This document shows positions 8,568 through 19,067 of a stretch of 32,000 bases of DNA, piece after piece. Positions within the stretch are counted from its first letter, which is position 1. Every line of letters starts with the position of its first letter. The notes beneath the pieces were generated by a model. It was not told the DNA's origin and did not search any database. It saw only the letters and a list, made by a program, of their open reading frames with translations. The translations under genes were made by a program, and so were the position numbers. This stretch comes from Cylindrospermopsis raciborskii Cr2010 (lineage in GTDB: Bacteria; Cyanobacteriota; Cyanobacteriia; Cyanobacteriales; Nostocaceae): contig NZ_CP065936.1 in NCBI RefSeq assembly GCF_003367075.2, positions 3,540,001 through 3,572,000 of the forward strand. Reading direction: 5' to 3'.

Positions 8568-9356
8568 TTAAATATATATATTTACTAATTCAGCTGTTTT
8601 AGATGGTGTCAACTCCTGAACATTGGTCAACAATATATTTGCACCTGCTTGCAGCATAATTTTCTGATAAGCATCTCTGTGGGATGGAGTTTCCTGGACA
8701 TGGGGTGGTAAAACCCCCACAGCTACCCAGGTTCGAGAACTATCCAAAATTTTGGCTTTAGCTACAGTGTGCATATCCGCTACTGTATCCCCCACATATA
8801 TAACCGGTTGTTTTTTGTTTTGGTCTTGTTTGGCAATTTCTAAAAGATTAATAGTAGCAAAAAGTCCTGTAGGGTCAGGTTTACCAGGCGCATCTTCCAT
8901 GGCGATTAAAACTGGAGATTTTAAACCTAAGCGTCGCTCTAACACATAACTAGCAGATCCACGAGTTGCACCACTAAAAAATCCCCAGCTGATATTTGCC
9001 TGGGTCAGGGACTCTAAATAACTTGGTTCTAATAATAGGGGTTCATGACAAATATAACCATTCCAGTTTTCTGTGTCAGTACCGCGATAACGGGATTGAA
9101 AATAGGCAACAATGCTCTCATAATCTAATTGTAAGTCTTCCCTTTGCTGACCCTGACTGACAAAGTAACGGTAAATCAACTCTTGGGAACCCTCCCAATC
9201 ATTGTTCCATATCCCCTCAGATTTGAGGTCGTCAATATCCGTGACCGTAGGACGATAGGCATAGTTAGTAAAATATTCTACTGTATCTGCCAAAGCACGG
9301 CGGTAAGAACCACTCACATCCCGAATCACACCATCAATGTCAAAAACAATTATCAT
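8568..9356 (-). CDS. HAD-superfamily hydrolase (subfamily IA-like)
   Basis: Motif I MIIVFDIDGVIRDV (DxDG), later FFSGATRG and the motif IV-like YVGDTVADM. 262 aa. ATG verified at 9356-9354. Confidence 0.75.
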   Translation of the reverse strand: MIIVFDIDGVIRDVSGSYRRALADTVEYFTNYAYRPTVTDIDDLKSEGIWNNDWEGSQELIYRYFVSQGQQREDLQLDYESIVAYFQSRYRGTDTENWNGYICHEPLLLEPSYLESLTQANISWGFFSGATRGSASYVLERRLGLKSPVLIAMEDAPGKPDPTGLFATINLLEIAKQDQNKKQPVIYVGDTVADMHTVAKAKILDSSRTWVAVGVLPPHVQETPSHRDAYQKIMLQAGANILLTNVQELTPSKTAELVNIYI

Positions 9357-9455
9357 ACTTAGGTCAAGAACTAAATAGAGCTAAATATATTAAATCAAAT
9401 TCTAAGATTATTTGGTAACCCTTCACAACCGGGGATCTTTGTCAAGACCAGATAT

Positions 9456-10061
9456 TTGGATGGAAACAAAAAATATTCAGTTGCACAAGCTCTGATATTA
9501 TATGTATGTAGCCAGGCGAAAACTATAAAATCAAGGTGTGGAAACATGTTTAAAGTTTACCCCAAACAGCTATTAACCTACTACCTCCAGGAACAATTTA
9601 GGTACTACCATGTAGTTTTTCTAGGGTTACTAGCATTATCAGGAGCATACTCAATCACCTACCTCATGGGGCAAAATCAAGTTAAAAGTTCATTGAATCC
9701 CCCATCTGTACAGGTAGCTAAAGTGGTAACGAACAGACCCAGTTCCATAAAGGTTGCCGTCGTGAAGATCAATAAACAAAAAGCAGTTAAATCTGTTTGG
9801 AACTTACCACAGGTACAACGGAAAGCCAAGGAGATTAAAACCCTTTCCCAAGGAACTATTGATGTGGGTGTAGTCGTTAGCAGCTATCCGAAAACTAGTC
9901 AACCATTTTACACCGTCAAAGTCCTAGAAAATCACCCTGACAGCACCACCAGTCCGGTTTATTGGTTTCGAGTTTCCAGCTCTAATGGTGCAATTCAACC
10001 CCTGGATTTAGTAAGTAATAAATACACAAATTTGACAAACTGGAATCCCGATGGTATTTAA
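9456..10061 (+). CDS. hypothetical membrane-anchored protein
   Basis: ORF with one hydrophobic segment (YHVVFLGLLALSGAYSITYLMG) and no motif I recognise. The listed start at 9456 is TTG; ATG at 9546 (MFKVYPKQ...) is the more plausible start. Confidence 0.5.
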   Translation: MDGNKKYSVAQALILYVCSQAKTIKSRCGNMFKVYPKQLLTYYLQEQFRYYHVVFLGLLALSGAYSITYLMGQNQVKSSLNPPSVQVAKVVTNRPSSIKVAVVKINKQKAVKSVWNLPQVQRKAKEIKTLSQGTIDVGVVVSSYPKTSQPFYTVKVLENHPDSTTSPVYWFRVSSSNGAIQPLDLVSNKYTNLTNWNPDGI

Positions 10062-10065
10062 CCAA

Positions 10066-10851
10066 CTAATTCCTAACCACTTTCAGCCTTTGAGTAATCA
10101 TGGTAACACCATCATCGCGAACAATGACGGCGGAAATCCATTGATTTACTGGTTGTAAGGGAGCAGTGCCAGTTTTAAATAACCCCCCCGTACTAAGTAA
10201 TTCCAAGTTTATTGGTGTAGGATTAAGATACTTATTAGGTTTGATAGTTTCTTCCATAGCGGTTCCCAGGAGGAAGTTATTACCTAATGGTTCCTTCACA
10301 ATAGCATCAAAAGCATATTTCTCACCCACCTTTACTTGTTGTGGTAACCTAAATTCCACCTGGGGAGGTTTTTTGCCCGATGTCATTTGAGTTCGTTCTG
10401 ACAAAATTTCTTGATGGGTAATTTGCGCACCTGTAATGTGCTGTCTTGAAGTGATAGCCGCATTTATGGCAAGAGGGCTCGTCCTGTCGGAGGACTGGCC
10501 CGTAATCCGGGTTACAGTTTCCGCAATGATAGTCTTACCGTTTGACTTCCAGGATTGTAATTTTGTTTGATAGCTCAATTTTGGGTATCTTTGCCAAAAG
10601 GATTTTAAAGACTGCTCCATAGCTTGTCGGGTTAATCCATCCCCATGGCTAAATTTAGAACTATAAAATCCCATGACTCCCTTGATGTCACCACGACTGG
10701 AAGCAGCATCAATTTGAGCAATCAGCTTTTTCAGTTGGGGGGGTGCATTATCTGGAGTTACTGTTTGTGCGTATGCACAACTGTCTATGTCCAAACTCAA
10801 CAGGAGTGAGAGGAAAGAAATACTAAAGAGTAGTTTTTGGTTTGGCTGCAT
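10066..10851 (-). CDS. exported hypothetical protein with NTF2/SnoaL-like N-terminal region
   Basis: Signal-peptide-like N-terminus MQPNQKLLFSISFLSLLLSLDIDSCAYAQ. The block DAASSRGDIKGVMGFYSSKFSHGDGLTRQAMEQSLKSFWQRYP resembles NTF2-like/DUF4440 folds. ATG verified at 10851-10849. Confidence 0.5.
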   Translation of the reverse strand: MQPNQKLLFSISFLSLLLSLDIDSCAYAQTVTPDNAPPQLKKLIAQIDAASSRGDIKGVMGFYSSKFSHGDGLTRQAMEQSLKSFWQRYPKLSYQTKLQSWKSNGKTIIAETVTRITGQSSDRTSPLAINAAITSRQHITGAQITHQEILSERTQMTSGKKPPQVEFRLPQQVKVGEKYAFDAIVKEPLGNNFLLGTAMEETIKPNKYLNPTPINLELLSTGGLFKTGTAPLQPVNQWISAVIVRDDGVTMITQRLKVVRN

Positions 10852-11121
10852 GAATAAATCAATAAGTTCAAATAAGTTTAGTGAATTTAGTTAAGAATAG
10901 CTAACAAAAGCTACCACTAATAATAGTTTACTAAGTTCTCTACACAAGCTCAGGAATTTCTGATCCCCCGCTAGGATGGGAAAATTCTGTGTTAAATAAC
11001 GGTAAATAACAGGATATATGGTGATCTATATTGTATCCCATTGTAGAATCCTATTATAGGACTCAATCAAAAAAAATGCAGTAACTACAAAACAATTTAA
11101 GGAATAAACGGTATAACGGTA

Positions 11122-12240
11122 ATGGTAAACGGAAGGTTAAAACTATTAGTAGCTGCTAGTGGTACGGGTGGACATTTATTTCCAGCGATCGCCCTGGCCG
11201 AAAAATTGACGGAATATGATATCGAATGGTTAGGAGTACCCGATAGACTAGAAACCCAGCTAGTACCAAACCAATACCCCCTACATACTATCCCAGTGGA
11301 AGGTTTTCAGAAGGGTCTGAGTTTAGCTTCTTTAACTGTCATCTGGAAACTGGTTCGGTCCATTTTTCGGGTGAGACAGATTCTTCGTCAAGGTCGGTTT
11401 CAAGGAGTATTCACCACAGGTGGCTATATCGCCAGTCCAGCTATTATTGCAGCTCGTTCTTTGGGTTTACCAGTTATTTTTCATGAGTCCAATGCTCTAC
11501 CTGGAAAGGTAACCCGATTTTTTGGTTCCTATTGCACTAGGGTGGCTATAGGATTTGACGTAACTACCAAATATTTACCCAATGCTAAAACTGTCTATGT
11601 TGGCACCCCCGTGCGATCGCAGTTTTTAAACCGAAAAACCAGTTCCCCACTAGAGTTACCCATACCCGACGAAGTACCCTTAATTGTAGTTTTTGGGGGT
11701 AGTCAGGGAGCAGTAGCGGTGAATCAATTGGTTAGACAAGCAGTAATTGCTTGGTGTAATGCGGGAGCTTATGTTGTCCACTTAACGGGAGATAGGGATC
11801 CTGATGCTAATAGTTTACAACACCCCCAATACATAGTTTTGCCCTTCTATGACAATATGGCAGGCTTGTTGGGTCGAGCTAATCTAGCCATTAGTCGCTC
11901 TGGAGCTGGGAGTTTGGCCGAGTTGGCAGTTTGTGGTACTCCTGCTATTTTAATTCCCTATCCCTTTGCAGCGGAAGATCATCAATCCTACAATGCTGCT
12001 GTTTTTACCAAGGCGGGTGCTGCTTTAACTTTTCAACAATCAAAACTGACAGCAAAAACTTTACAAAACCAAGTTTTAGAACTATTAAAGTCGCCAACAA
12101 TCTTACAAGAAATGAGTCATAGCGCTCAAGCTATAGCTGTTGTCGATAGTGCTGAGCAATTGGCTGACCTGGTCAGACAGATTTTTAGTCCCAACCAACT
12201 CCAAGCCAAGAGTTCACAAAAACGAGAAATTTTCCACTGA
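11122..12240 (+). CDS. murG: UDP-N-acetylglucosamine--N-acetylmuramyl-(pentapeptide) pyrophosphoryl-undecaprenol N-acetylglucosamine transferase
   Basis: LLVAASGTGGHLFPAIALAEKL N-terminal G-loop, FGGSQGA, and SRSGAGSLAELAVCGTPAILIPYPFAAEDHQSYNA, typical of MurG. 372 aa. Confidence 0.9.
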   Translation: MVNGRLKLLVAASGTGGHLFPAIALAEKLTEYDIEWLGVPDRLETQLVPNQYPLHTIPVEGFQKGLSLASLTVIWKLVRSIFRVRQILRQGRFQGVFTTGGYIASPAIIAARSLGLPVIFHESNALPGKVTRFFGSYCTRVAIGFDVTTKYLPNAKTVYVGTPVRSQFLNRKTSSPLELPIPDEVPLIVVFGGSQGAVAVNQLVRQAVIAWCNAGAYVVHLTGDRDPDANSLQHPQYIVLPFYDNMAGLLGRANLAISRSGAGSLAELAVCGTPAILIPYPFAAEDHQSYNAAVFTKAGAALTFQQSKLTAKTLQNQVLELLKSPTILQEMSHSAQAIAVVDSAEQLADLVRQIFSPNQLQAKSSQKREIFH

Positions 12241-12336
12241 TTTTAACTCTTTACTTCCCCACTAGTCAAGTTTTAGATTAGAATAGGAGATTGCAAACCA
12301 TAGCAAGTTATAGCCGGATTTTCCCCGGAGGTACGA

Positions 12337-12636
12337 TTGACCAAATTTATCTTAAAAATTCTCTGGTTAGATGATAATGTAGCCTTAGCAGTGGATCAGG
12401 TTGTCGGTAAAGGTACTAGTCCCCTGACTAAATATTTCTTCTGGCCCCGTAATGATGCTTGGGAAGAACTCAAGAAGGAGTTGGAATCCAAACACTGGAT
12501 CAGTGATCCTGATCGCGTGGAATTACTGAACAACGCCACAGAGGTGATTAATTATTGGCAGGAAGAAGGTAAAAACCGCCCCATGTCTGAAGCACAGTTA
12601 AAGTTTCCTGAAGTTGCTTTCACTGGTAGCACTTGA
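12337..12636 (+). CDS. ycf65: 30S ribosomal protein PSRP-3 / Ycf65
   Basis: [52 protein letters not shown] is the conserved PSRP-3/Ycf65 core. TTG start at 12337 is preceded by GGAGG (12327-12331). There is no usable in-frame ATG. Confidence 0.85.
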   Translation: MTKFILKILWLDDNVALAVDQVVGKGTSPLTKYFFWPRNDAWEELKKELESKHWISDPDRVELLNNATEVINYWQEEGKNRPMSEAQLKFPEVAFTGST

Positions 12637-12652
12637 TTGCCACCAATTAAAC

Positions 12653-12695
12653 CTGCATGATGGTTACTACCACCATGCAGTCTGTTGTTTATTTT
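12653..12695. terminator. hairpin plus T-rich tail between convergent ycf65 and atpC (candidate bidirectional terminator)
   Basis: 12653-12664 (cctgcatgatgg t) pairs with 12669-12680 (a ccaccatgcag): 12 positions with one A/C mismatch and the 4-nt loop tact. It is followed by tctgttgtttatttt on the + strand. Confidence 0.55.
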
Positions 12696-12699
12696 AGCC

Positions 12700-13113
12700 T
12701 CATACCATACCACCAGCAGCTTGAAAACGAGCTCGAGCCCGTTTTAATGCTGCCCTAGCCTGTATCTGGGCTTGCCTGTCCCCTGCTGCAACCTGGTTAA
12801 TTTTGCTCTGGGCTGCGTTAAACTCTGAACGAGCTTCCTCTAAATTAATAGTGTCACCACGTTGGGCTCCATTTACCAGGATGGTTACTTCGTCTTCTTC
12901 AACTTCGGCAAAACCACCTAAAAGAGCTATGGACTGCCAGCTGGCATTTTTTTCTGCTCTCACACGCATTACCCCTGTATCCAATGCAGTTAACATGGGA
13001 GCGTGACCACTTAGTACACCTAATTGACCAGTAGTGCTAGGGAGAATTACCTCGTCAGCAGGGCCATCCCAGACGGTTTTGTCTGGAGAAATTACACGAA
13101 TGGTTAATGTCAT
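12700..13113 (-). CDS. atpC: F0F1 ATP synthase subunit epsilon
   Basis: [52 protein letters not shown] is canonical epsilon. I place the start at ATG 13113-13111, with AAGGAAA upstream, rather than the ORF-track start at 13161. Confidence 0.9.
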   Translation of the reverse strand: MTLTIRVISPDKTVWDGPADEVILPSTTGQLGVLSGHAPMLTALDTGVMRVRAEKNASWQSIALLGGFAEVEEDEVTILVNGAQRGDTINLEEARSEFNAAQSKINQVAAGDRQAQIQARAALKRARARFQAAGGMV

Positions 13114-13184
13114 CTGTCTGTTTTCCTTGATTATTTCCAATTTGTCAGTCACTAGTCTCAAGAACTAGTGACAAGTGACAATGA

Positions 13185-14663
<1,479 letters not shown>

Positions 14664-14787
14664 TCAAGTTGGTCTTCAAAGACCACAAGATCAAGCAATA
14701 TCATCTTTTAGGTTAGCACTTAACGATCCCATCTTTGCTCTAAATTCATCATTTGCCAAGAATTTCCTTTGGAGAAAATCTCTCCTC

Positions 14788-15207
14788 CTATTTCTTGGTC
14801 GCTATGGCCAATTTCACTCCTTCCACTTGTCTTATTTGATCCATTACCCCTACTACCTGCCCATGGTTAACGGATTTGTCTGCATTAATTACTACAATTA
14901 ATGGCTGTGATGGTTTTCTTTGTGATTTTACTTCTTTTGATAACTGCTCTAAATTAATTTTTTGTTCATTCAAAAAAATCTGTCCCTGGGGATCAATTGT
15001 CACTGTTATTTGCGGAGGGGGACCAGCTTGGGTTGTTCCTGCTTGAGGCAAATTCACAGGTAAACTATTGAAACGAGTCAAGTATAAAGATGACATGATG
15101 AAAAAAGTCAAGATTGCGAATATAACATCAATCATGGGCACAATATTAATTTGTGCTGGTATATCCGGTTCATCTGGTAGACGCATAGGATTTATCTCCC
15201 CGTTCAT
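14788..15207 (-). CDS. exbD: biopolymer transport protein ExbD/TolR family
   Basis: INIVPMIDVIFAILTFFIMS single TM motif and a periplasmic domain with VVINADKSVNHGQVVGVMD. The alternative ATG at 15186 still overlaps the exbB 3' end. Confidence 0.75.
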   Translation of the reverse strand: MNGEINPMRLPDEPDIPAQINIVPMIDVIFAILTFFIMSSLYLTRFNSLPVNLPQAGTTQAGPPPQITVTIDPQGQIFLNEQKINLEQLSKEVKSQRKPSQPLIVVINADKSVNHGQVVGVMDQIRQVEGVKLAIATKK

Positions 15208-15823
15208 AACGACGACGGTATAATAGTTCTAGTTGTCCCCCGTATTCTTGTATTAAGGCTATTTGCCTTTGGTAAAGACCTCGAAAGGAATTGGCAAATA
15301 AGAGAGTGGAAATAGCTACAATCAGACCTGTAGCAGTAGAAACTAAGGCCTCGCTAATACCACCGGTAACACCCGCTGTTTGAGTCCCTCCCACATTGCC
15401 AATGTTTAAAGAAGCAAAGGAATTGATTAGTCCCAGTACGGTTCCCAATAATCCTAGTAGGGGGGCCAGGGCAATAATGGTGTCAAAAACTGTGGTGAAT
15501 CGTTTTAATAGGGGTATTTCCGCCTGAGCTTCAGTTTCTAAGGCCAAACGAAATTCCTCCGGGTTGGGTTCTTCTAGTTCTAAAGCAGTCAAAAAAATCC
15601 GGGCGATGGGTAAATCAGCATTCTTTTGCAGAACATCAATGGCATTAACTAAGTTATTTTGACGATATAGATTCAATACGTATTTAACTACTCTTTCTTG
15701 TCGCCTGGTAATTTTTGACCAGAACCAAATACGCTCAATAATTAGTCCTACGGCAATTATGGAAGACAATAGCAGTGGCCACATGACCACGCCACCAGCT
15801 ATAAATAATTGTTTAATATCCAT
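15170..15823 (-). CDS. exbB: MotA/TolQ/ExbB proton-channel family protein
   Basis: 217 aa. N-terminal TM GGVVMWPLLLSSIIAVGLIIER, plus LAPLLGLLGTVLGLINSF and GGISEALVSTATGL, typical of ExbB/TolQ. Confidence 0.75.
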   Translation of the reverse strand: MDIKQLFIAGGVVMWPLLLSSIIAVGLIIERIWFWSKITRRQERVVKYVLNLYRQNNLVNAIDVLQKNADLPIARIFLTALELEEPNPEEFRLALETEAQAEIPLLKRFTTVFDTIIALAPLLGLLGTVLGLINSFASLNIGNVGGTQTAGVTGGISEALVSTATGLIVAISTLLFANSFRGLYQRQIALIQEYGGQLELLYRRRYERGDKSYASTR

Positions 15824-15992
15824 ACTGATTCTTCATACCTTCGCTGAACACAAAAAATAATCTACCTCGTGCCATTTTCCTATATACCAACCATAAAAAG
15901 CAAACAAATCAACTATATGGTAATCTCCAGGTTAATTAATGGTTATTTTTTGTTTGATATATTAGAAATATAAATAAGAGATTAGATTACTC

Positions 15993-16814
15993 ATGATCTG
16001 GCCGTTTAAACCCAAGTTTCGTAAACAAATCGCTCGCATTGAAATTACTGGTGCGATCGCCAGTGGCACAAGAAAGCGAGTATTGGAAGCCATAAAAACT
16101 GTAGAAGAGAGGAAATTCCCTGCCCTGTTGTTACGTATTGACAGTCCTGGTGGTACGGTAGGGGACTCTCAGGAGATCTATAGTGCCCTCAAGGAACTGG
16201 GCAAAAAAACTAAAATCGTCGCCAGTTTTGGCAATATATCGGCTTCAGGTGGGGTCTATATAGGCATGGGGGCGGAGCATATTATGGCCAATCCGGGAAC
16301 AATTACAGGTAGTATAGGTGTAATCCTACGGGGAAACAATCTAGAACGCTTGTTAGAAAAAGTTGGTGTTTCTTTTAAAGTAATTAAGTCTGGGCCATAC
16401 AAAGACATTTTATCCTTTGATAGAGAACTGACCCAACCAGAGGAAAATATCCTGCAAGAACTGATTGATGTCAGTTATCAGCAATTTATTCAAACAGTAG
16501 CTCAGGCGCGTGCCTTACCTATAGAAACTGTTAAGACCTTCGCTGACGGACGTATTTTTACAGGAGAGCAGGCCTTAAACTTGGGAGTTGTAGACCGTTT
16601 GGGAACAGAGGAAGATGCTCGACGTTGGACCACCGAATTGGTGGGACTTGATCCCCAAAAAACTCCCTGCTATACCTTAGAAGAGCGGAAACCATTATTG
16701 AGTCGAGTTCTACCAGGTAGTCGCTATCCCAAATCAAGTATTAGATCTGGAATTGATTGGCTGGAGTTTGAAATGTCTACAAGTGGGTTACCACTGTGGT
16801 TATATAGACCCTAG
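15993..16814 (+). CDS. sppA: signal peptide peptidase SppA, 36K type
   Basis: LLRIDSPGGTV, nucleophile context GNISASGGVYI, and lysine context IKSGPYKD. 273 aa. Confidence 0.85.
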   Translation: MIWPFKPKFRKQIARIEITGAIASGTRKRVLEAIKTVEERKFPALLLRIDSPGGTVGDSQEIYSALKELGKKTKIVASFGNISASGGVYIGMGAEHIMANPGTITGSIGVILRGNNLERLLEKVGVSFKVIKSGPYKDILSFDRELTQPEENILQELIDVSYQQFIQTVAQARALPIETVKTFADGRIFTGEQALNLGVVDRLGTEEDARRWTTELVGLDPQKTPCYTLEERKPLLSRVLPGSRYPKSSIRSGIDWLEFEMSTSGLPLWLYRP

Positions 16815-16835
16815 AAGGTTATGTCATTCGTCAAT

Positions 16836-16870
16836 GGTCAGTCGTAAAAATTGGCAACTGACGACTGACC
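16836..16870 (+). other. perfect 10-bp stem-loop 22 nt downstream of the sppA stop
   Basis: GGTCAGTCGT (16836-16845) pairs with ACGACTGACC (16861-16870) around a 15-nt loop. No U-tract follows, so it is not a canonical intrinsic terminator. Confidence 0.35.
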
Positions 16871-16907
16871 GCTGATAGTAATAACTGACAACCAGAAAAG
16901 GAGGAAC

Positions 16908-17294
16908 TTGGAAGTGGAATGGCAAATGCGGGCAATTCGTGGCGCGACAACTGTTGGGGAAAATAGTATAGTGGCAATTACAGAAGCAGTAACGGAATTA
17001 CTTAATGAGTTAGAAGACCGTAATCAACTGCGACCTACGGAAATTTTGAGTGTCACTTTCTCTGTTACCCGTGACTTGGATGCTATCTTTCCAGCAGCGA
17101 TCGCTCGCAGTCGTCCTTTATGGGATAGCGTGGCCATGCTAGATGTTCAACAAATGTATGTGGAAGGAAGTTTGCAGCGCTGTATAAGGTTTTTAATTCA
17201 TGCCTATTTACCCGCTTCTTCCCCCATACACCACGTGTATTTACGTCAAGCAGCTAAATTACGTCCCGATTGGGGATTTGTGGGAGTTCAATAA
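16908..17294 (+). CDS. aroH: chorismate mutase, AroH class
   Basis: MRAIRGATTVGENS... is the AroH-class signature (IRGATT). Start is uncertain: TTG 16908, GTG 16914 or ATG 16926, with AAAGGAGG at 16897-16904. Confidence 0.8.
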   Translation: MEVEWQMRAIRGATTVGENSIVAITEAVTELLNELEDRNQLRPTEILSVTFSVTRDLDAIFPAAIARSRPLWDSVAMLDVQQMYVEGSLQRCIRFLIHAYLPASSPIHHVYLRQAAKLRPDWGFVGVQ

Positions 17295-17670
17295 TTTAAC
17301 GGCTTGCCAGGTATTAACGTTTTGGGGCTGCAGCTACTATTAAACAATTTAAAACTAGTCGTGAATCGGTCTTTATTTCGCCTTTTGGTGAGTACTTATG
17401 CTTAAAAAATGCTGGTTTTTAGAGTAACAATGGAGGAAAAAAGATAATAAATTCTGAAATCTATATAAATTAATGCTTTCACCTACCCACTTTCGGCTAC
17501 AAGACATTAGAATAATTCATTGAAAAGTCGAGCTGATCTGATGTACAGGGGTTGGGAGTGCAAATACTCTTAACGAACGATTTTTGTAATTCTACCGACA
17601 GAGATTTCCGTAAGGATGCGACCGGATTTCATCTTGCAGCAAATCTCAAGTAAACCTCAAGGAGTTTGAT

Positions 17671-17955
17671 ATGAACAAAGGTGAATTAGTAGATGCAGTG
17701 GCCGAAAAAGCCAATGTGACCAAAAAACAAGCGGATGCTGTCCTCAGTGCTGCCATTGACACTATTGTTGAAGCGGTTGCTTCAGGTGATAAGGTTACCT
17801 TGGTTGGTTTTGGTTCTTTTGAATCACGGGACCGTAAAGCTCGTGAAGGTCGTAACCCTAAAACTAATGAAAAAATGGAAATACCAGCTACGAGGGTTCC
17901 TGCTTTCTCCGCTGGGAAACTATTTAGAGAAAAGGTAGCACCCCCAAAAGAGTAG
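17671..17955 (+). CDS. hup: HU family DNA-binding protein
   Basis: MNKGELVDAVAEKANVTKKQADAVL...GFGSFESRDRKAREGRNPKTNEKMEIPATRVPAFSAGKLF is canonical HU. AAGGAG lies 7 nt upstream of the ATG. Confidence 0.92.
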   Translation: MNKGELVDAVAEKANVTKKQADAVLSAAIDTIVEAVASGDKVTLVGFGSFESRDRKAREGRNPKTNEKMEIPATRVPAFSAGKLFREKVAPPKE

Positions 17956-17981
17956 TTTCAGTTCTAGGAAGTGCAGTTTTG

Positions 17982-19067
17982 ATGCAACACAAAGCACATG
18001 GGGGAAATCTAGCTTGGGCGGCGGCATTAGCTGGCTGTCCCCCAGAGGCTATTGTGGACTTTTCTGCTAGTATTAGCCCCTTGGGACCGCCTAAAACCGT
18101 AATTCATGCGATCGCCTCCCAATTGGCTAGTCTAAAACATTATCCCGACCCAGATTACATGGAGCTGAAACTGGCTCTGGGTCGTTTCCATGAACTACCA
18201 CCGGAGTGGATTTTACCGGGTAATGGTTCGGCTGAATTACTAACCTTACTGGGTAGGGAACTGGCACAACTAAGAGCAACTATATTAGTAACTCCGGCTT
18301 TTGGCGATTATTACCGCACCCTGGCGGCCCATAATGCCAAAGTGTTGGAGTTTCCTATGGATTTAAGTTGGGAGAGGGGGTTACCCCCCTTTTTATCTTC
18401 TGGTGTGTGTGTTTCTGGATTAGGGGAATATGGATTGTTGCTGAATAATCCCCACAATCCAACGGGTAGGTTATTTTTACGGGAGGAAATTTTACCCTAC
18501 TTACAGGATTTTGCCCTGGTGGTGGTAGATGAAGCGTTTATGGATTTTCTCACCCCCGAACAGGAGCAAAGTTTGATAGGGTTAGTTCAGGAGTATAGGA
18601 ATTTGGTCATATTGCGATCGCTGACTAAGTTCTACAGTTTGCCAGGTCTGAGATTAGGCTATGCTATAGCTGCACCTGACTTGCTACAAAAATGGCAGTG
18701 TTGGCGAGATCCCTGGCCCGTAAACAATTTGGCTGTATGTGCTGCTATAGCTGCACTTCAAGATCGGGAATTTCAACATCAAACCTGGACCTGGTTACCT
18801 CAAGCGAGAAATCAACTTGTACAAGGTTTATCTAGTTTACCTGCTCTTAAACCTTTGCCGGGTGCTGTTAACTATTTATTGGTAGAGTCCCAAATTTCCA
18901 CTTCTTGGTTACAAGAACAGCTACTAGTAAAACACCACATCCTCATTCGTGACTGTTTGAGTTTTAAGGAACTAGGCGATCGCTATTTTCGTGTTGCTGT
19001 GCGCTCCATACCAGATAATCAAGGTTTAATTACTGCTCTGGAATCCATAACCCAAAATCATCTATGA
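17982..19067 (+). CDS. cobD: threonine-phosphate decarboxylase (CobD; class I/II aminotransferase fold)
   Basis: N-terminal HGGNLAWAA...DFSASISPLGPP, NNPHNPTG, and PLP-lysine context RSLTKFYSLPGLRLGY. The ORF-track start at 17979 is TTG, and ATG follows immediately at 17982. Confidence 0.75.
   Translation: MQHKAHGGNLAWAAALAGCPPEAIVDFSASISPLGPPKTVIHAIASQLASLKHYPDPDYMELKLALGRFHELPPEWILPGNGSAELLTLLGRELAQLRATILVTPAFGDYYRTLAAHNAKVLEFPMDLSWERGLPPFLSSGVCVSGLGEYGLLLNNPHNPTGRLFLREEILPYLQDFALVVVDEAFMDFLTPEQEQSLIGLVQEYRNLVILRSLTKFYSLPGLRLGYAIAAPDLLQKWQCWRDPWPVNNLAVCAAIAALQDREFQHQTWTWLPQARNQLVQGLSSLPALKPLPGAVNYLLVESQISTSWLQEQLLVKHHILIRDCLSFKELGDRYFRVAVRSIPDNQGLITALESITQNHL

Noticed and set aside
8752-10390. 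Short ORFs 8752-8949, 9144-9362 and 10166-10390
   Set aside because: They are antisense to the HAD hydrolase and the exported hypothetical protein. There is no independent support.
11931-12122. 63-aa same-strand, out-of-frame ORF inside murG
   Set aside because: It overlaps the conserved murG C-terminal region in another frame. It is Cys/Ser-rich nonsense.
15824-15992. Possible Fur box in the AT-rich divergent exbB/sppA promoter region (for example the TTAATTAA palindrome near 15931)
   Set aside because: I could find only generic AT-rich palindromes and no convincing match to a Fur-type 19-bp consensus. In DNA this AT-rich, such matches are expected by chance.
17295-17670. 376-nt AT-rich region upstream of the HU gene, scanned for small ORFs, riboswitch-like structure and NtcA boxes
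   Set aside because: I found only trivial ORFs of 16 codons or fewer, no extended helices and no GTA-N8-TAC match. It is probably just a promoter or leader region.
17735-17938. 67-aa out-of-frame ORF inside the HU gene
   Set aside because: The HU frame is unambiguous, so this is a same-strand frame-shifted artefact.
18375-18412. G5-TTA-C6 hairpin-like motif and a (GT)5 microsatellite inside cobD
   Set aside because: Both lie in-frame within conserved coding sequence (ERGLPPF...SGVCVSG). They are too short to argue for slippage or a regulatory role without population data.
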